A stretch of 64,000 bases of DNA from Nitrososphaeria archaeon (lineage in GTDB: Archaea > Thermoproteota > Nitrososphaeria > Geothermarchaeales > JDFR-13). The stretch lies in contig JALWXN010000004.1 in the NCBI GenBank assembly GCA_027078545.1, positions 14,737 through 78,736 of the forward strand, in the 5' to 3' direction. Shown here piece by piece: positions 9,391-20,331 of this stretch. The translations under genes and the position numbers were made by a program. The notes under the pieces are model-generated. The model made no database searches, was not told the DNA's origin, and saw only the letters and a list, made by a program, of their open reading frames with translations. How positions within the stretch are numbered: the first letter of the stretch is position 1; the number at the start of each line of letters is the position of its first letter.

Positions 9391-10170
9391 ATGAAGGTGG
9401 GGCTTGGAGACACTATATATCTCTACTCCCCCGAGAAGTCGAGGGGATGGATAGTCAGGGTGGAGAATGAGAGATTCTCCACAGACCTAGGAACCATAGA
9501 CCTATCCAAACTAGTGGGTATTGAATATGGATCCATCGTCAAGACCAATAAGGGGAGGCCCCTACTCGTAGCCAGGCCCGGCCCCAGGGAATATATTATG
9601 CGGGCCAGAAGACCTACACAGATAATATACCCCAAGGACATCGGCTACATAATCCACGTACTAGGCATAAGACATAACAGCCGGGTACTCGAGGTAGGTA
9701 CGGGTAGCGGGGGACTAACCACAGGCATAGCATGGATCATGTCCAGCGACGGAGAGATCACCACCTACGAGAAGAGAGACGATTTTAGGGAGGCTGCCAA
9801 GAAGAACCTTGAGAGGATAGGGTACGAGTGTAGAATACGGTTTAGAGGGGAGTTCCCAGACAACGCCCTAGAGAGGGACTATTACGACGCGGCATTCATA
9901 GACATAGACACGCCATGGACCGCGATACCACATGTCCATAGGGCACTCAAGGGATATGGAAGGATAGGCATACTACTACCAACATACTCACAGCTCGAGA
10001 AGATACACGACGCCTTCAAGAAACACTTCGCCCACATAGAGACCGTGGAGATCTTCCTAAGGAACCTCAGATTCTCAAAAGGGAAGATCAGACCCGAGTT
10101 CAGGATGATAGGATACACAGCTGTACTCGTAATAGGAATAAAGAAGGAGGTTGAGGAGCTAACCACCTAG
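9391..10170 (+). CDS. trmI: tRNA (adenine57/58-N1)-methyltransferase TrmI (GCD14 family)
   Basis: An N-terminal beta domain precedes the SAM motif VLEVGTGSGGLTTGIA. DAAFIDIDTPW is characteristic of the TrmI/Gcd14 family. Confidence 0.8.
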   Translation: MKVGLGDTIYLYSPEKSRGWIVRVENERFSTDLGTIDLSKLVGIEYGSIVKTNKGRPLLVARPGPREYIMRARRPTQIIYPKDIGYIIHVLGIRHNSRVLEVGTGSGGLTTGIAWIMSSDGEITTYEKRDDFREAAKKNLERIGYECRIRFRGEFPDNALERDYYDAAFIDIDTPWTAIPHVHRALKGYGRIGILLPTYSQLEKIHDAFKKHFAHIETVEIFLRNLRFSKGKIRPEFRMIGYTAVLVIGIKKEVEELTT

Positions 10171-10527
10171 GATCAATATAGCGATAATCAGTCCATAGAT
10201 AGCTACACCCTCACCCAGACCAGCCAAAATAAGTACCCAGACAGCCAGCTCAGGACGCTCAACCAGTGCAGCGCTACCGGCACTGGTGGCTCCATACAGG
10301 GCTACACCAGCACCTATCGTCGAGCCGGCGACGGCCAGCCCAGCGCCTAGATACTTCATACCCGCATCGGCAGCCGCTGCAGCCTCGCCAGCAGCCGGGT
10401 CCTCAGCACCCAGGACGAAGGTCATGAAACCGCCTATCACCACCAGTGCGAGTGCCAGGTTGAAGAGGATACCCATCACAGTCGTCTTCCTAGGATTCCT
10501 AACCAACCTCCATACGAACTCGATCAT
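10159..10527 (-). CDS. atpK: A/V-type ATP synthase proteolipid subunit K (c-ring)
   Basis: GAGLAVAGSTIGAGVALYG and a second hairpin with a conserved carboxylate (GLGEGVAIYGLIIAILILGG). About 100 aa after start trimming. Confidence 0.85.
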   Translation of the reverse strand: MIEFVWRLVRNPRKTTVMGILFNLALALVVIGGFMTFVLGAEDPAAGEAAAAADAGMKYLGAGLAVAGSTIGAGVALYGATSAGSAALVERPELAVWVLILAGLGEGVAIYGLIIAILILGG

Positions 10528-10608
10528 CTGCCAACCACCCTGAGGCTTTGAATTATGTGAATAATATGGCTATGCCATATAAAATAATATAAAGAGGTGG
10601 TATAGACC

Positions 10609-12552
10609 TCACAGCCGCAAGGGCCTGAATAGTACACCCTCATCCCTGTAGAACTTCGTCGAGAACTCGTAGTAGAGAAGCCTTATCGATTGGATACCAG
10701 CGGCGAATCCCTCGATCACTATACCTATAATGTTGAAGAAGATGTATGCTGGCACAGTGCCAACTAGGCCGCTGAAAACTATGGCAGCCTCACCTAGCGC
10801 CTCATGACCAATCGCGAAGGCACCTAGCCTAATGTATGATACGGAGTTAGTTAGATATGATATGAACATCTCTACGAACTCCTGAAGACCCTCTACCAAG
10901 GTCATCGAGATCGGCTTACCCTCATCATGAACAATGTTCTCAATGGTAGGCTTCATATACACGAGCGCTAGAAGAGCTATTTCCAATATTGTGAAGGGCA
11001 ATAGGTCTTCTCTTACAAATACTGAGAGTGTCAATCCGCCGGTGACAAAGTTTATAGCTAGATATATACCTACGACGAAGTATATTAGCCCTGCTATACC
11101 CTTCCAACTTAGAAAAGCCTCGAGATATTCACCGTTCTTTAAATCAATGATGATGTTTAGAATCACACCTATAATGAGCTGTACCAACCCAAAGATAATA
11201 GCTATAACACTTATTCCCAGAGTATCCTTTATCGGGCTTATCCAAAGAGGTTTAGATACCGATATCAAAAATGCCTTTCCGTAAATAAATCCGAAAATCA
11301 CAGCCATGGCCCCTGCTGAGATGAGCATATAGCCTAAACTATTTATCCCATTAGCGGACATACCCAAGGCGGGTCTCTTAACCCTAGTAAGAAAAGCTCC
11401 GATAATCATCAATATTATTCCTTCACCGATCCCACCAAACATGAAGCCATACATTATAAGGAAGAGAACAGTGTAGATTGGAGTGGGATCAAACTCAAAG
11501 TAGTTAGGGATACCCCTCTTACGCGTCAAAACCTCTAGTTTCCCGAATATGCTAGGATTCCTGAGAAGTGTTGGAGGTTCCACTCCCTCCTCATGACTAG
11601 GCTCCTCGTATTCTATGTAGAACTTCTCCCCCAACACACCCCTCACGGCAGCTACAAGATCGTCATACCTATCCTTGGGTACCCAGCCCCTATACACGGC
11701 GAAGTTCTTGGTATAGGTTATGGAGCTGTACACCCTCTCCATAAACCTAAAGAACCGTTTATAGGCGAGTACGGATCTCAAGAACTCCTCTATCTCCCCA
11801 CGAAGCTCCCTAGCCTCCCCCCAGAGCCTGGAGAGCTCCTCCTCTATCTGCCTAACCACCTTGGACGGGTCACCCTTAAACTCCTCTGGAAAACGGATCT
11901 CCTCAAAGTTCAGGGCGGATAGATAGTTCAGAATCTCATCCTTATCCTCCACGCTACCGGCCAAAACTATAAAATAATCCTTCCTAACCCCCTCAAACAC
12001 ATTGAGAATCACGTTATAAGGCTTGAGATAATCCTTAAGGAGAGGTAGATTCTGCACCGGTAGGAGGCCCGTCCTGATGAATATATGGGTATAGTCCCCA
12101 GCCACATCCACAGGAATCCCATACTTCTCGAAGAGCCTGGCATAAACCAGGATATTCTTAAGCTGGGTAACCCTCTTATTCACCTCGTCCACACGGGCTG
12201 TGTAGGAGTTTAGACACCCCTCCACCTCCTCTATAAAGGCCGCCGCCTCCTCCTTACTTAGAACCTTCTGCTCAGGCTCATCTGGAGGTGACAACACCTC
12301 ACGTATCTTACTACCAAGGCCACGCTTCTCCTCCTCACTATACTCGGAGAGACTGTTGATAAGGACATTCGCCCTGTCCAAGATCCTCCAATACCTATTG
12401 GCAAGCTCCACCTCCTCCCTAACACTGGTTACGGCCTCCTGACTAGTGAGCTGCACAGCACCCAGCCTAGCAATAGCCTTAGAAACATCCTCTTCCCTAT
12501 CCATGGGCACGGCTAGATAAAACTTATACATACGGACAGGCCTGAACATCAA
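10609..12552 (-). CDS. atpI: A/V-type ATP synthase subunit I (a-subunit)
   Basis: 647 aa with an N-terminal cytoplasmic coiled-coil half and a C-terminal multi-TM half. It is adjacent to atpK. Confidence 0.9.
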   Translation of the reverse strand: MMFRPVRMYKFYLAVPMDREEDVSKAIARLGAVQLTSQEAVTSVREEVELANRYWRILDRANVLINSLSEYSEEEKRGLGSKIREVLSPPDEPEQKVLSKEEAAAFIEEVEGCLNSYTARVDEVNKRVTQLKNILVYARLFEKYGIPVDVAGDYTHIFIRTGLLPVQNLPLLKDYLKPYNVILNVFEGVRKDYFIVLAGSVEDKDEILNYLSALNFEEIRFPEEFKGDPSKVVRQIEEELSRLWGEARELRGEIEEFLRSVLAYKRFFRFMERVYSSITYTKNFAVYRGWVPKDRYDDLVAAVRGVLGEKFYIEYEEPSHEEGVEPPTLLRNPSIFGKLEVLTRKRGIPNYFEFDPTPIYTVLFLIMYGFMFGGIGEGIILMIIGAFLTRVKRPALGMSANGINSLGYMLISAGAMAVIFGFIYGKAFLISVSKPLWISPIKDTLGISVIAIIFGLVQLIIGVILNIIIDLKNGEYLEAFLSWKGIAGLIYFVVGIYLAINFVTGGLTLSVFVREDLLPFTILEIALLALVYMKPTIENIVHDEGKPISMTLVEGLQEFVEMFISYLTNSVSYIRLGAFAIGHEALGEAAIVFSGLVGTVPAYIFFNIIGIVIEGFAAGIQSIRLLYYEFSTKFYRDEGVLFRPLRL

Positions 12553-12645
12553 CCTACCCCCCTCAGAGGCTTTGTAGACCCTTTATAAGCCACATATAGT
12601 TAAAGGTAGGTTTATATACATTAACGGCTACCGTGGTGTTGAGGG
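12553..12645. promoter_or_regulatory. divergent promoter region (TATA-like cctttataagcc and tttatatac)
   Basis: A 93-nt AT-rich spacer between the divergently oriented atpI and a membrane ORF. Confidence 0.3.
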
Positions 12646-13206
12646 ATGGACAAGAGGGACATAGGCATACTACTTGTGATAGCCCCGCTAATAACCACCT
12701 TAGCTAGGGCTCTCTACCAATATACATTGACTGCCGACCCACTAGACATATTCATAGCCGTTGGAAGCGACTCCATACTCTTCATAGCCAACATAGGCCT
12801 ATACCTCCTCGGGGGATACCTAATAGTCACAGGCTCCTCCCAAGACGTGAGGGATCTATGGATAAACATACTCTACTTCATAGTCCCCACAATAATCTTC
12901 CTGGGGCATGTATTCTACATAGCAGCGGTGGCTGGAGTTGCCAGGCTAACCCTACTCGTCGAGACCGCCCAGTTCCCCCTATACTTCGCCTTCGTCACCA
13001 TACTCACAGGACTAGTCGTACTACTATCCAGGGGGACGCCCAACAAGCCCAGCCTACTATACGGGGCTAGCTTCCTCGCGCTGGTGCTACTCTACGGAGT
13101 AGTCAGGATCGTCATAGGAATAGTTGCACCAGTAGTCTATGCCTTCATTGGGCTGGCCATAGCCATGGCCCTAATCCTAACCAAGAAGCTGTTTGAGCAG
13201 GACTAG
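12646..13206 (+). CDS. hypothetical integral membrane protein
   Basis: 186 aa with about 5 predicted TM helices. It sits on the opposite strand between atpC and atpI. Confidence 0.45.
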   Translation: MDKRDIGILLVIAPLITTLARALYQYTLTADPLDIFIAVGSDSILFIANIGLYLLGGYLIVTGSSQDVRDLWINILYFIVPTIIFLGHVFYIAAVAGVARLTLLVETAQFPLYFAFVTILTGLVVLLSRGTPNKPSLLYGASFLALVLLYGVVRIVIGIVAPVVYAFIGLAIAMALILTKKLFEQD

Positions 13207-14237
13207 AAGATAGGTATTTCAGACGGGTCTATACCCAGCTCCTTAGCCGTGGCTATCGTGGATAGGTTGATATATTCATACTCAGCCGAGTATAGATACC
13301 ACAGGACATAGACCATATCGAGGGGCTTCTTCCTACCTATGGATCTGAAGTACTCGGCGAACCCCCTCTTCACAGCCCTATAGAGCTCCACCACACTCCC
13401 CTTCTCAACAGCCTCCTCAATATAGGGAGCCAGCCATGAGAACCTTGATCCCCTAATAACACCCACCACAGTATCCTCCCTACTCCTCAACAAGTCGTTG
13501 ACGAACTCTGGGGAGACTCCCAGCCCCTTACTGATCATCCCCGTATACTTCTCGAAGACTGTCATAGGCGAGCCGAGGAACTTCATAGCCAGTACATTGT
13601 AGACTAGGGACGCCGCATACTCATTCCTGATAACCTCTGATATGCTCTTCGCAGAGGGGAGCTTAGCCGCAGCCTCCAGGGTATTTGTGAAGTATATGTT
13701 CTCTACAAGGAGCTCTATGGGATATGTTGAGCCCATACTCTTAGCCAGGGGGAAGGCATCCACCGCCTCCCTATATGGAGAGGGGGCTAGATGGAAGGAG
13801 ACGTCATCTAGAGACTTAACGTTAACCACGTCCGAGAAGTTGATGGTCTCGAACTCCCTAGGGAGGGGGAGCAGATCCTCCAGGGATATAGGCTTACCAC
13901 CCATCTTAGCCCTTAGAACCCTCTTGAGATTTTCAACCTCCACCCTACCCAGATACTCGGTTAGGAAGGCCCTGAACCTACCAGAAGTTATCCTGGTGAG
14001 GTGTACAAGCCTATCCACATATACCGAGGCGAATACCCTGGAGAGGCTCTTAGCATCCACCGACTCCTTATCAAGCCCCCCGAGCCATCTCACGTAATCG
14101 CCCTTACTCACGTTCTCCAGGAACGCCTTGAGATCACTCGTCTTAGCTAGTGACTCTATCTCATCCGGCTTCAATAGATGGGTGGCCAAGCCATGGGCAC
14201 GGCTTACTAGGTAGATATAGCTGGAGGACTTGAGCAT
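13203..14237 (-). CDS. atpC: A/V-type ATP synthase subunit C (d-subunit)
   Basis: About 345 aa and helical, sitting in the C-subunit position downstream of atpD. The start was trimmed to the ATG at 14237 (MLKSSSY), which abuts the atpD stop. Confidence 0.8.
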   Translation of the reverse strand: MLKSSSYIYLVSRAHGLATHLLKPDEIESLAKTSDLKAFLENVSKGDYVRWLGGLDKESVDAKSLSRVFASVYVDRLVHLTRITSGRFRAFLTEYLGRVEVENLKRVLRAKMGGKPISLEDLLPLPREFETINFSDVVNVKSLDDVSFHLAPSPYREAVDAFPLAKSMGSTYPIELLVENIYFTNTLEAAAKLPSAKSISEVIRNEYAASLVYNVLAMKFLGSPMTVFEKYTGMISKGLGVSPEFVNDLLRSREDTVVGVIRGSRFSWLAPYIEEAVEKGSVVELYRAVKRGFAEYFRSIGRKKPLDMVYVLWYLYSAEYEYINLSTIATAKELGIDPSEIPIF

Positions 14238-14238
14238 C

Positions 14239-14844
14239 CTACTTCTCCCTCCTCTCAACAATAAACTTTGTACGTACAAACTCTGACAGCTCCTCCTCCA
14301 TGATACGCTCCTCGATATACTTGATTAGCTCCTCATACGAGGGGATTATAATCTTTTGTAGAGCGTTAACCTTCCTAGCCGTGTTCATAAGGTCGTACGC
14401 CAACGCCTCGATCTTATTCTCGACGACCGACATCTCGAGAAGCTCCATAAAGACCTTATGGAACTCTATGGCCAGCTCCTTGATCGCGGGGTTAGGTATG
14501 GCCTCCACATTAGGTGGCGAGACAAGCTCCACATCATACTCCTCGATACCCATGATAAGCCTCCTCTGAAGCCTGGTCTCGACCTTAGGGACCACCATGG
14601 AGGAGGACCGGAACTCTTCATAGCCCTGGTCCACCAGCACCTTCACGAACTTCTTATAAACCTCTGTAAACCTAGACTCTATCTCCTCCCTACCCTTGAG
14701 TAGGGGTAACAGTCTATTCAGCTCACTAGCAACCTTATCCCTCTTCATCTCGAGGATCTGTGTACTCTTCCTAATGAACTGGAGCTGTTTACGGACCTCT
14801 AGGAGCGCACCCCTACTAGCTGATACACCCATCAATGAGCTCAT
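14239..14844 (-). CDS. atpD: A/V-type ATP synthase subunit D
   Basis: MSSLMGVSASRGALLEVRKQLQFIRK is the hallmark N-terminus of the V/A-ATPase D subunit. It is a 201-aa coiled coil. Confidence 0.85.
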   Translation of the reverse strand: MSSLMGVSASRGALLEVRKQLQFIRKSTQILEMKRDKVASELNRLLPLLKGREEIESRFTEVYKKFVKVLVDQGYEEFRSSSMVVPKVETRLQRRLIMGIEEYDVELVSPPNVEAIPNPAIKELAIEFHKVFMELLEMSVVENKIEALAYDLMNTARKVNALQKIIIPSYEELIKYIEERIMEEELSEFVRTKFIVERREK

Positions 14845-14846
14845 GG

Positions 14847-16265
14847 CTAGACCTCCACAGGCGGCTTAGCCTTATAGTAGTACTTCTCCAGGGTCGACTC
14901 CCTAACCCTCGTAAGCTCCTCCGGAGGCAGTATACTCAGAACCTCCCAGCCAATATCCAGGGTCTCCTCTATAGACCTGTTCTCATACTCACCCTGGTTA
15001 ACAAACCTCTTCTCGAATAGGTCGGCAAACTTAAGGAAGAGGCGCTCCCTATCCGAGAGACCCGTCTCACCAACGATCCTAGCAAGATCCCTAGCCTTCA
15101 CACCCCTTGAATAGGCGTCGTACAGCTGGTCACTAAGCTCCTTATGATCATCCCTAGTCTTCCCAGGACCAATCCCACTCCTCATCAGCCTACTAAGGCT
15201 TGGCAACACATTGATCGGAGGGTATATACCCCTGGAGTGTAGCTCCTTGCTCAGAATAATCTGGCCCTCCGTAATATACCCAGTCAGATCAGGTATCGGA
15301 TGCCTCTTATCACCACCAGGCATGGTCAGGATAGGCATCTGGGTCAGGCTACCCTTCCTACCCTTAACAATACCCGCCCTCTCATAGATCGTGGCCAGGT
15401 CACTATACATGTATCCTGGGTATCCACCCCTACCCGGAACCTCCTCCCTAGCGGCACTGATCTCCCTCAGAGCCTCACAGTAGTTGGTCATGTCGGTCAG
15501 GATAGCCAGTACGTGGTAGTCCAGGTCGAAGGCCAGGTACTCCGCGATAGTCAGGGCTATCCTAGGTGTGAGGAGACGCTCAATAGCTGGATCATCAGCA
15601 AGGTTCAGGATGACTACACTCCTATCTATAGCACCCGACTCCCTAAACTGGTTTATGAAGAACGCCGCCTCATCATGCTTAAGACCCATAGCCGCGAAGA
15701 CTATGGCGAACTGCTCCTCCTTACCCAGGATAGTTGCCTGCCTAGCTATCTGGGCAGCCACCCTATTATGGGGCAGGCCAGACTCTGAGAAGATCGGGAG
15801 CTTCTGACCCCTAACAAGGGATAGCAGACCATCGATAGCCGAGATACCAGTCTGGATAAAGTCGTTGGGATATATCCTCGCACTCGGGTTGATCGGCGAG
15901 CCATTAATATCCCTATAGTCCCGGCTAGAGACGGGTGGGAGACCATCTATAGGCTCAAAACGCCCGTTAAACACCCTGCCCAACGCCTCATCACTCACAG
16001 GTATCTCGAAGGTAGAACCCGTGAACTTTATGATGGCGTCATGCTGGAGACCAGCCTCCTCACCAAAGACCTGTGCCACGACGAACTCCCTACTAACCTC
16101 TATGACCCGGCCAAGCCTATCCACACCGTCAGGAGCCCTAATCCTAATGATCTCATCGAACTTGACACCTGGTATCGGGTCTAGGACGACCAGTGACCCC
16201 TTAATCTCCCTGATCCCCCTATACACCTTCCCACTTAGATCCGTCATCTTAATGGGTAGACCCAT
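14847..16265 (-). CDS. atpB: A/V-type ATP synthase subunit B (regulatory)
   Basis: [17 protein letters not shown] ... the P-loop-like [13 protein letters not shown] and a typical B-subunit C-terminus. The start is probably the ATG at 16265 or 16247, not the extended 16310 that overlaps atpA. Confidence 0.9.
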   Translation of the reverse strand: MGLPIKMTDLSGKVYRGIREIKGSLVVLDPIPGVKFDEIIRIRAPDGVDRLGRVIEVSREFVVAQVFGEEAGLQHDAIIKFTGSTFEIPVSDEALGRVFNGRFEPIDGLPPVSSRDYRDINGSPINPSARIYPNDFIQTGISAIDGLLSLVRGQKLPIFSESGLPHNRVAAQIARQATILGKEEQFAIVFAAMGLKHDEAAFFINQFRESGAIDRSVVILNLADDPAIERLLTPRIALTIAEYLAFDLDYHVLAILTDMTNYCEALREISAAREEVPGRGGYPGYMYSDLATIYERAGIVKGRKGSLTQMPILTMPGGDKRHPIPDLTGYITEGQIILSKELHSRGIYPPINVLPSLSRLMRSGIGPGKTRDDHKELSDQLYDAYSRGVKARDLARIVGETGLSDRERLFLKFADLFEKRFVNQGEYENRSIEETLDIGWEVLSILPPEELTRVRESTLEKYYYKAKPPVEV

Positions 16266-16278
16266 CCATAACCACCTC

Positions 16279-18105
16279 CTACTCAAAGGTAACCGTAACC
16301 CTATACTCACCAGCCACCTTAGACAACTCCTCCTTCATCTGGCCTATGAGCTCTACAACGGCGTCGAAACGCCTCTCATCCAGCTTAACCCTCTTCAACC
16401 TACTCACCACGGGTAGCTCAGCAATCCTGTCGAGGGGGACATTATCCCTGATGAGCCTCTCAGCCATCCTATGGAAATCGATTATAGCCTTGAGGATCAT
16501 GATAGACTTATCGGGCTCTGAATACGAGTCGACGGGGTCGAAGGCATTCTGCCTCAGAAGACCCTCCTTAATAAGCTCATTAGTCAGGAGTAGGAGCCTC
16601 TGGTCATCAGGCAGCGCCTTCTCACCTATAATCTTGGCTATGGACTCTACCTCACTAGCGTTTGTCAGTATATTCATCGCCTCCACCCTATAGGCTGGAT
16701 ACTCAGCCTCCACATTGGGCCAAACCTCCTTAAGCCTCGGGTTACGCTCCATAGCGATCCTTACATAGTCACCTATGATCGAGTCTGCGTAAAGGCTATA
16801 GCTCTTCAACCAGTTTATAGATGGGAAGTGCCTACTATACGCAAGGTCTGCATCCAAGGCCCAGAATACACCTGTGAACCTCAGGGTATGGGTTGTGACA
16901 GGCTCGTTAAAGTCGCCACCCGGAGGAGAGACAGCCCCGACAACAGTTACGGAGCCGATCCTCTCCGGCCTACCAAGAACCTTAACCCTACCAGCCCTCT
17001 CATAGAACTCGGCTATCTTGTCAGGGAGATATGCCGGGAAGCCCCTCTCAACCGGCATCTCACCAAGCCTACCACTGATCTCACGTATAGCCTCCGCCCA
17101 TCTAGAGGTAGAGTCGGCCATAAGCGAGACGTCATAACCCATGTCACGGTAGTACTCCGCGATCGTGATACCTATGTATACACTGGCCTCCCTAGCCGAG
17201 ACAGGCATATTACTGGTATTGGCTATGAGGACCGTCCTCTCCATCAACGGCCTACCAGACCTCGGATCCTTAAGCTCCGGGAACTCTGTCAAGACCTCTG
17301 ACATCTCGTTCCCACGCTCTCCACAGCCTACATACACCACGACATCTGTATCGCTCCACTTAGCCAGCTGGTGGAGAGTCACAGTCTTACCAGTCCCGAA
17401 ACCGCCGGGGATACATGCAGCCCCACCCTTAGCCACTGGGAAGAGGACGTCTATAACCCTCTGACCAGTCACGAGAGGTGTCGAGGGCGGCAGCCTACCA
17501 TCCCTGGCCACGGGCCTAGCAACCTTGACCGGCCAGTCATGATACATATAGAGCTTCTCCTCCCTACCATCAGGGGTCTCAAGTAGGGCGATAGGCTCAT
17601 CTACCTTGAACTCACCCTCATAAATCTCCTTCAACACACCGGACTTGGTGGGTGGGACAAGAATCTTATGCTCGAGATACGGGGTCTCCTGGACAGTTCC
17701 CAAGATATCTCCCGGGCCAACCTCCACACCAGCCTTCAAGACAGGCCTAAACTCCCACTTCTTATCCCTAGGAAGGGTATAGGCCTTGATACCCCGTGAG
17801 ATGAAGGGGCCACTCAGCCTGAGAAGCTCCTCCAGAGGCCTCCCAATACCATCGAAGATGTTGGATAGGAGGCCCGGCCCAAGCTCAGCGACAAGCTTCT
17901 TACCAGTCCCAAATATGGGGTCCCCAATCTTCAGTCCACTCGTAGGCTCATAGACCTGCGCCGCGAAGGAGTCCTCGAAAACCCTGATGATCTCACCTAC
18001 AAGCTTCTCCTCACCTACCTCAACGACCTCTCCAACCTCTATATCGGGTATCCCAGCCCCGAATACGACCGTACCACTAACCCTAACTATCTCACCTACC
18101 CTCAC
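16279..18105 (-). CDS. atpA: A/V-type ATP synthase catalytic subunit A
   Basis: GGFGTGKTV Walker A, and 608 aa long, so there is no intein. It has the non-homologous region typical of A subunits. Confidence 0.95.
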   Translation of the reverse strand: MRVGEIVRVSGTVVFGAGIPDIEVGEVVEVGEEKLVGEIIRVFEDSFAAQVYEPTSGLKIGDPIFGTGKKLVAELGPGLLSNIFDGIGRPLEELLRLSGPFISRGIKAYTLPRDKKWEFRPVLKAGVEVGPGDILGTVQETPYLEHKILVPPTKSGVLKEIYEGEFKVDEPIALLETPDGREEKLYMYHDWPVKVARPVARDGRLPPSTPLVTGQRVIDVLFPVAKGGAACIPGGFGTGKTVTLHQLAKWSDTDVVVYVGCGERGNEMSEVLTEFPELKDPRSGRPLMERTVLIANTSNMPVSAREASVYIGITIAEYYRDMGYDVSLMADSTSRWAEAIREISGRLGEMPVERGFPAYLPDKIAEFYERAGRVKVLGRPERIGSVTVVGAVSPPGGDFNEPVTTHTLRFTGVFWALDADLAYSRHFPSINWLKSYSLYADSIIGDYVRIAMERNPRLKEVWPNVEAEYPAYRVEAMNILTNASEVESIAKIIGEKALPDDQRLLLLTNELIKEGLLRQNAFDPVDSYSEPDKSIMILKAIIDFHRMAERLIRDNVPLDRIAELPVVSRLKRVKLDERRFDAVVELIGQMKEELSKVAGEYRVTVTFE

Positions 18106-18710
18106 GCCTTACCACCCCTCAGGATCTCCATCACCTCATACAACTCCTTCTCGAAAACCTCGTTCAACCTACCGTCGAAGGTCGCCACGTAGAAGACCTT
18201 CTCATCCTCATCAGACATTACAAACCCGCCTAAGAACCTCTCCCCAGAATCCACGAACTCTACCTCCACACCCTTAAGGGAGGAGGCTATCTCCCCACCA
18301 TATTTAGAGATGAACTCCGAGTCTGTGGCGGAGTAGAAAACCTTAACCTTCTTGGCACCAAGCTCCTCAGCACCACGGGCCAAGAACCTCTTCCAGAATT
18401 CTAGATACTCGAGACTATTCTTCAAAGCCTCAAGCCTAGACCTACTCTCAATCCTCACCTTATCCAGGAGCTCCATGATCTTGGTATAGACCATCTTCTT
18501 ACCCTCCAGCCTCTTAACAGCTATGGAGACCTCTAGAGCCGCCTTCATCCTAGCCTCTATCTCCTGCCTCTTCCTCTCAATTATTGCTGTAGCCCTCTCC
18601 TCAGCCTCCCTCAGGATCTCCTCTGCCTTCGCACGGGCCTCAGACAGGATCTTCTCAGCCTCCGACTCAGCGGAGGAAATTATCTCCTTCCTAAGAGCCT
18701 CCAGACTCAT
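18102..18710 (-). CDS. atpE: A/V-type ATP synthase subunit E (peripheral stalk)
   Basis: 202 aa with an N-terminal long helix (EAEKILSEARAKAEEILREAEERA) and a C-terminal globular domain. It sits between atpH and atpA. Confidence 0.8.
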   Translation of the reverse strand: MSLEALRKEIISSAESEAEKILSEARAKAEEILREAEERATAIIERKRQEIEARMKAALEVSIAVKRLEGKKMVYTKIMELLDKVRIESRSRLEALKNSLEYLEFWKRFLARGAEELGAKKVKVFYSATDSEFISKYGGEIASSLKGVEVEFVDSGERFLGGFVMSDEDEKVFYVATFDGRLNEVFEKELYEVMEILRGGKA

Positions 18711-19015
18711 TCTACCACCCTCCTCACAACAAACTCTATCGCCTTGTCCAGGTTCTCCATACCCTTGGAATACACCTCCTCAGCCATCCTGCTATACTCC
18801 TCCTCGATCTTCCTGACCTCCTCATCAATCATCCGCTTATACTTCTCCTCAAGCTCCGGGAAGCTGGCCGCCTCACCCTCTCGTATCATCTCCTCAGCCT
18901 TCCTACGTGCATCTGCCAAGATCTTCTCAGCCTCACCCCTAGCCCTCTCGACGATCGCCTCGGCCTCCCTCTCAATCTCGATCAGCTTACTAAGCTCCTC
19001 CGACACACAGATCAC
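18707..19015 (-). CDS. atpH: A/V-type ATP synthase subunit H/G-like stator subunit
   Basis: A 102-aa all-helical charged protein (EAEAIVERARGEAEKILADARRKAEE) inside the operon. Confidence 0.6.
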   Translation of the reverse strand: MICVSEELSKLIEIEREAEAIVERARGEAEKILADARRKAEEMIREGEAASFPELEEKYKRMIDEEVRKIEEEYSRMAEEVYSKGMENLDKAIEFVVRRVVE

Positions 19016-19329
19016 CTCCCAAGCTGAAGCTTGACACCCACAGCCTGGCTGACAAGGTTATACAGATCCTCCACCCTCTTACCAGTAGAGCCCGTTAGAG
19101 GAGGCATCACGACGAGAACCGGCCTATTAGTCCCCTCCTTCTTAAACTTGACATGCCTCGAACCCAGCTCAACATAGAGATCCTCGGGAACAATAAGCAC
19201 ATCCACAGACTCATCAGCCACAAGCTCACGTACACGCTTCTCAGCATCGATGATGGTGAAGACTGGATAGGTCTCCACCCCAATCAGCTCCAAGAGGGTA
19301 GCCAGATACTTATCCCCGACAAAAACCAT
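19012..19329 (-). CDS. atpF: A/V-type ATP synthase subunit F
   Basis: MVFVGDKYLATLLELIGVETY is the canonical F-subunit N-terminus. The start was trimmed to the ATG at 19329. Confidence 0.8.
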   Translation of the reverse strand: MVFVGDKYLATLLELIGVETYPVFTIIDAEKRVRELVADESVDVLIVPEDLYVELGSRHVKFKKEGTNRPVLVVMPPLTGSTGKRVEDLYNLVSQAVGVKLQLGR

Positions 19330-19347
19330 CCGGCCCAACAAACTCAC

Positions 19348-19419
19348 CCTATACCTCCCCTTAATAATTACAATTTCATTAAATCGCGTGTGTAATATAA
19401 ATCACAGATTAAACCCACG
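19348..19419. promoter_or_regulatory. divergent promoter region upstream of the atp operon (taataattacaatttcattaaa / gtaatataaat)
   Basis: A 72-nt AT-rich spacer between atpF (minus) and a membrane ORF (plus). Confidence 0.3.
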
Positions 19420-20010
19420 GTGCCCAAGGAGATGATGAAGAGGCTCCTCAAACTGATCGAGAAACACCTGCCATACATCTCCCTAGCACTAGCAGCCCCA
19501 CCAATACTGATACTTGGATACTACCTAGGCCGTGCCTACGCAGGGATCGACCCATTCTACCCAGTGGGGACAAACATGGTGGATAAGGAGATCATCATAA
19601 TCCCTGGATACCTATACATGAAGCCCGTAACCCTAATGGTACTACTAGCATACGCATCATACGTAACCGGGCTACAGGCCCTAACCCGCCACGCGGTAGA
19701 AAACTGGGGAAGACCCCTACTCCAGCTGATAGAGGCTGCGGCACTCTTCTTCGCATACCTATCCGGATATGAAGTCCTCTTCAACTTCACCCTCTGGTCC
19801 GCACTGATCAGCTCCATAACCGTCGATGGGATACCGATGGGGAATATAGACCTACTCTACAACCCATTCCCTAATCCCGAGACCCCGTGGAACATAGTAT
19901 TCGCAACAAAGATATTCACGCTCATATTCGCAATGTCCCTAACAACAGTCTACTTCACAAGAAAATGGAGAGCTATTCAAATGACAAGACAACAGACAGT
20001 AGAAGCATGA
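19420..20010 (+). CDS. hypothetical integral membrane protein
   Basis: 196 aa with about 5 TM segments. I recognise no family. Confidence 0.4.
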   Translation: MPKEMMKRLLKLIEKHLPYISLALAAPPILILGYYLGRAYAGIDPFYPVGTNMVDKEIIIIPGYLYMKPVTLMVLLAYASYVTGLQALTRHAVENWGRPLLQLIEAAALFFAYLSGYEVLFNFTLWSALISSITVDGIPMGNIDLLYNPFPNPETPWNIVFATKIFTLIFAMSLTTVYFTRKWRAIQMTRQQTVEA

Positions 20011-20314
20011 CTAGAGCCGCCAGAGACACGACCTGCGTCTCCCATACAGGAGCAAGGATTATAAGCAGACCATAGGTGACGCCTAGAAGCACGAGAGCCA
20101 GGGCCACCACCCAACCAAGACTCTTCCTCAGACCATCCGAGAAGAAAGACGCAGCAGCCAACAACCCGATCAAAGCGACCAGTAAGACGTAGGGAGCCAT
20201 CTCGTCCAGAGAGAGGACAACCAGTAGCGCCGAGGGTATAGCTATGAACACTGCCGATAAAGCCCTTGTAACAGGCATCACTCCCACCACTAGGAATGGA
20301 ATATTTAGACCCAT
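19973..20314 (-). CDS. hypothetical small membrane protein
   Basis: About 113 aa and very hydrophobic (3 TM). Its start is only 17 nt from the likely agmatinase start, so either this ORF or its start call is doubtful. Confidence 0.3.
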   Translation of the reverse strand: MGLNIPFLVVGVMPVTRALSAVFIAIPSALLVVLSLDEMAPYVLLVALIGLLAAASFFSDGLRKSLGWVVALALVLLGVTYGLLIILAPVWETQVVSLAALVMLLLSVVLSFE

Positions 20315-20331
20315 CCCCAATTAAATGTGAG

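Noticed and set aside
16828-17301. 157-aa plus-strand ORF antisense to atpA, and similar ORFs antisense to atpB at 15300-15788
   Set aside because: These are Arg/Pro/Thr-rich wrong-frame translations. The sense genes are unambiguous ATPase subunits.
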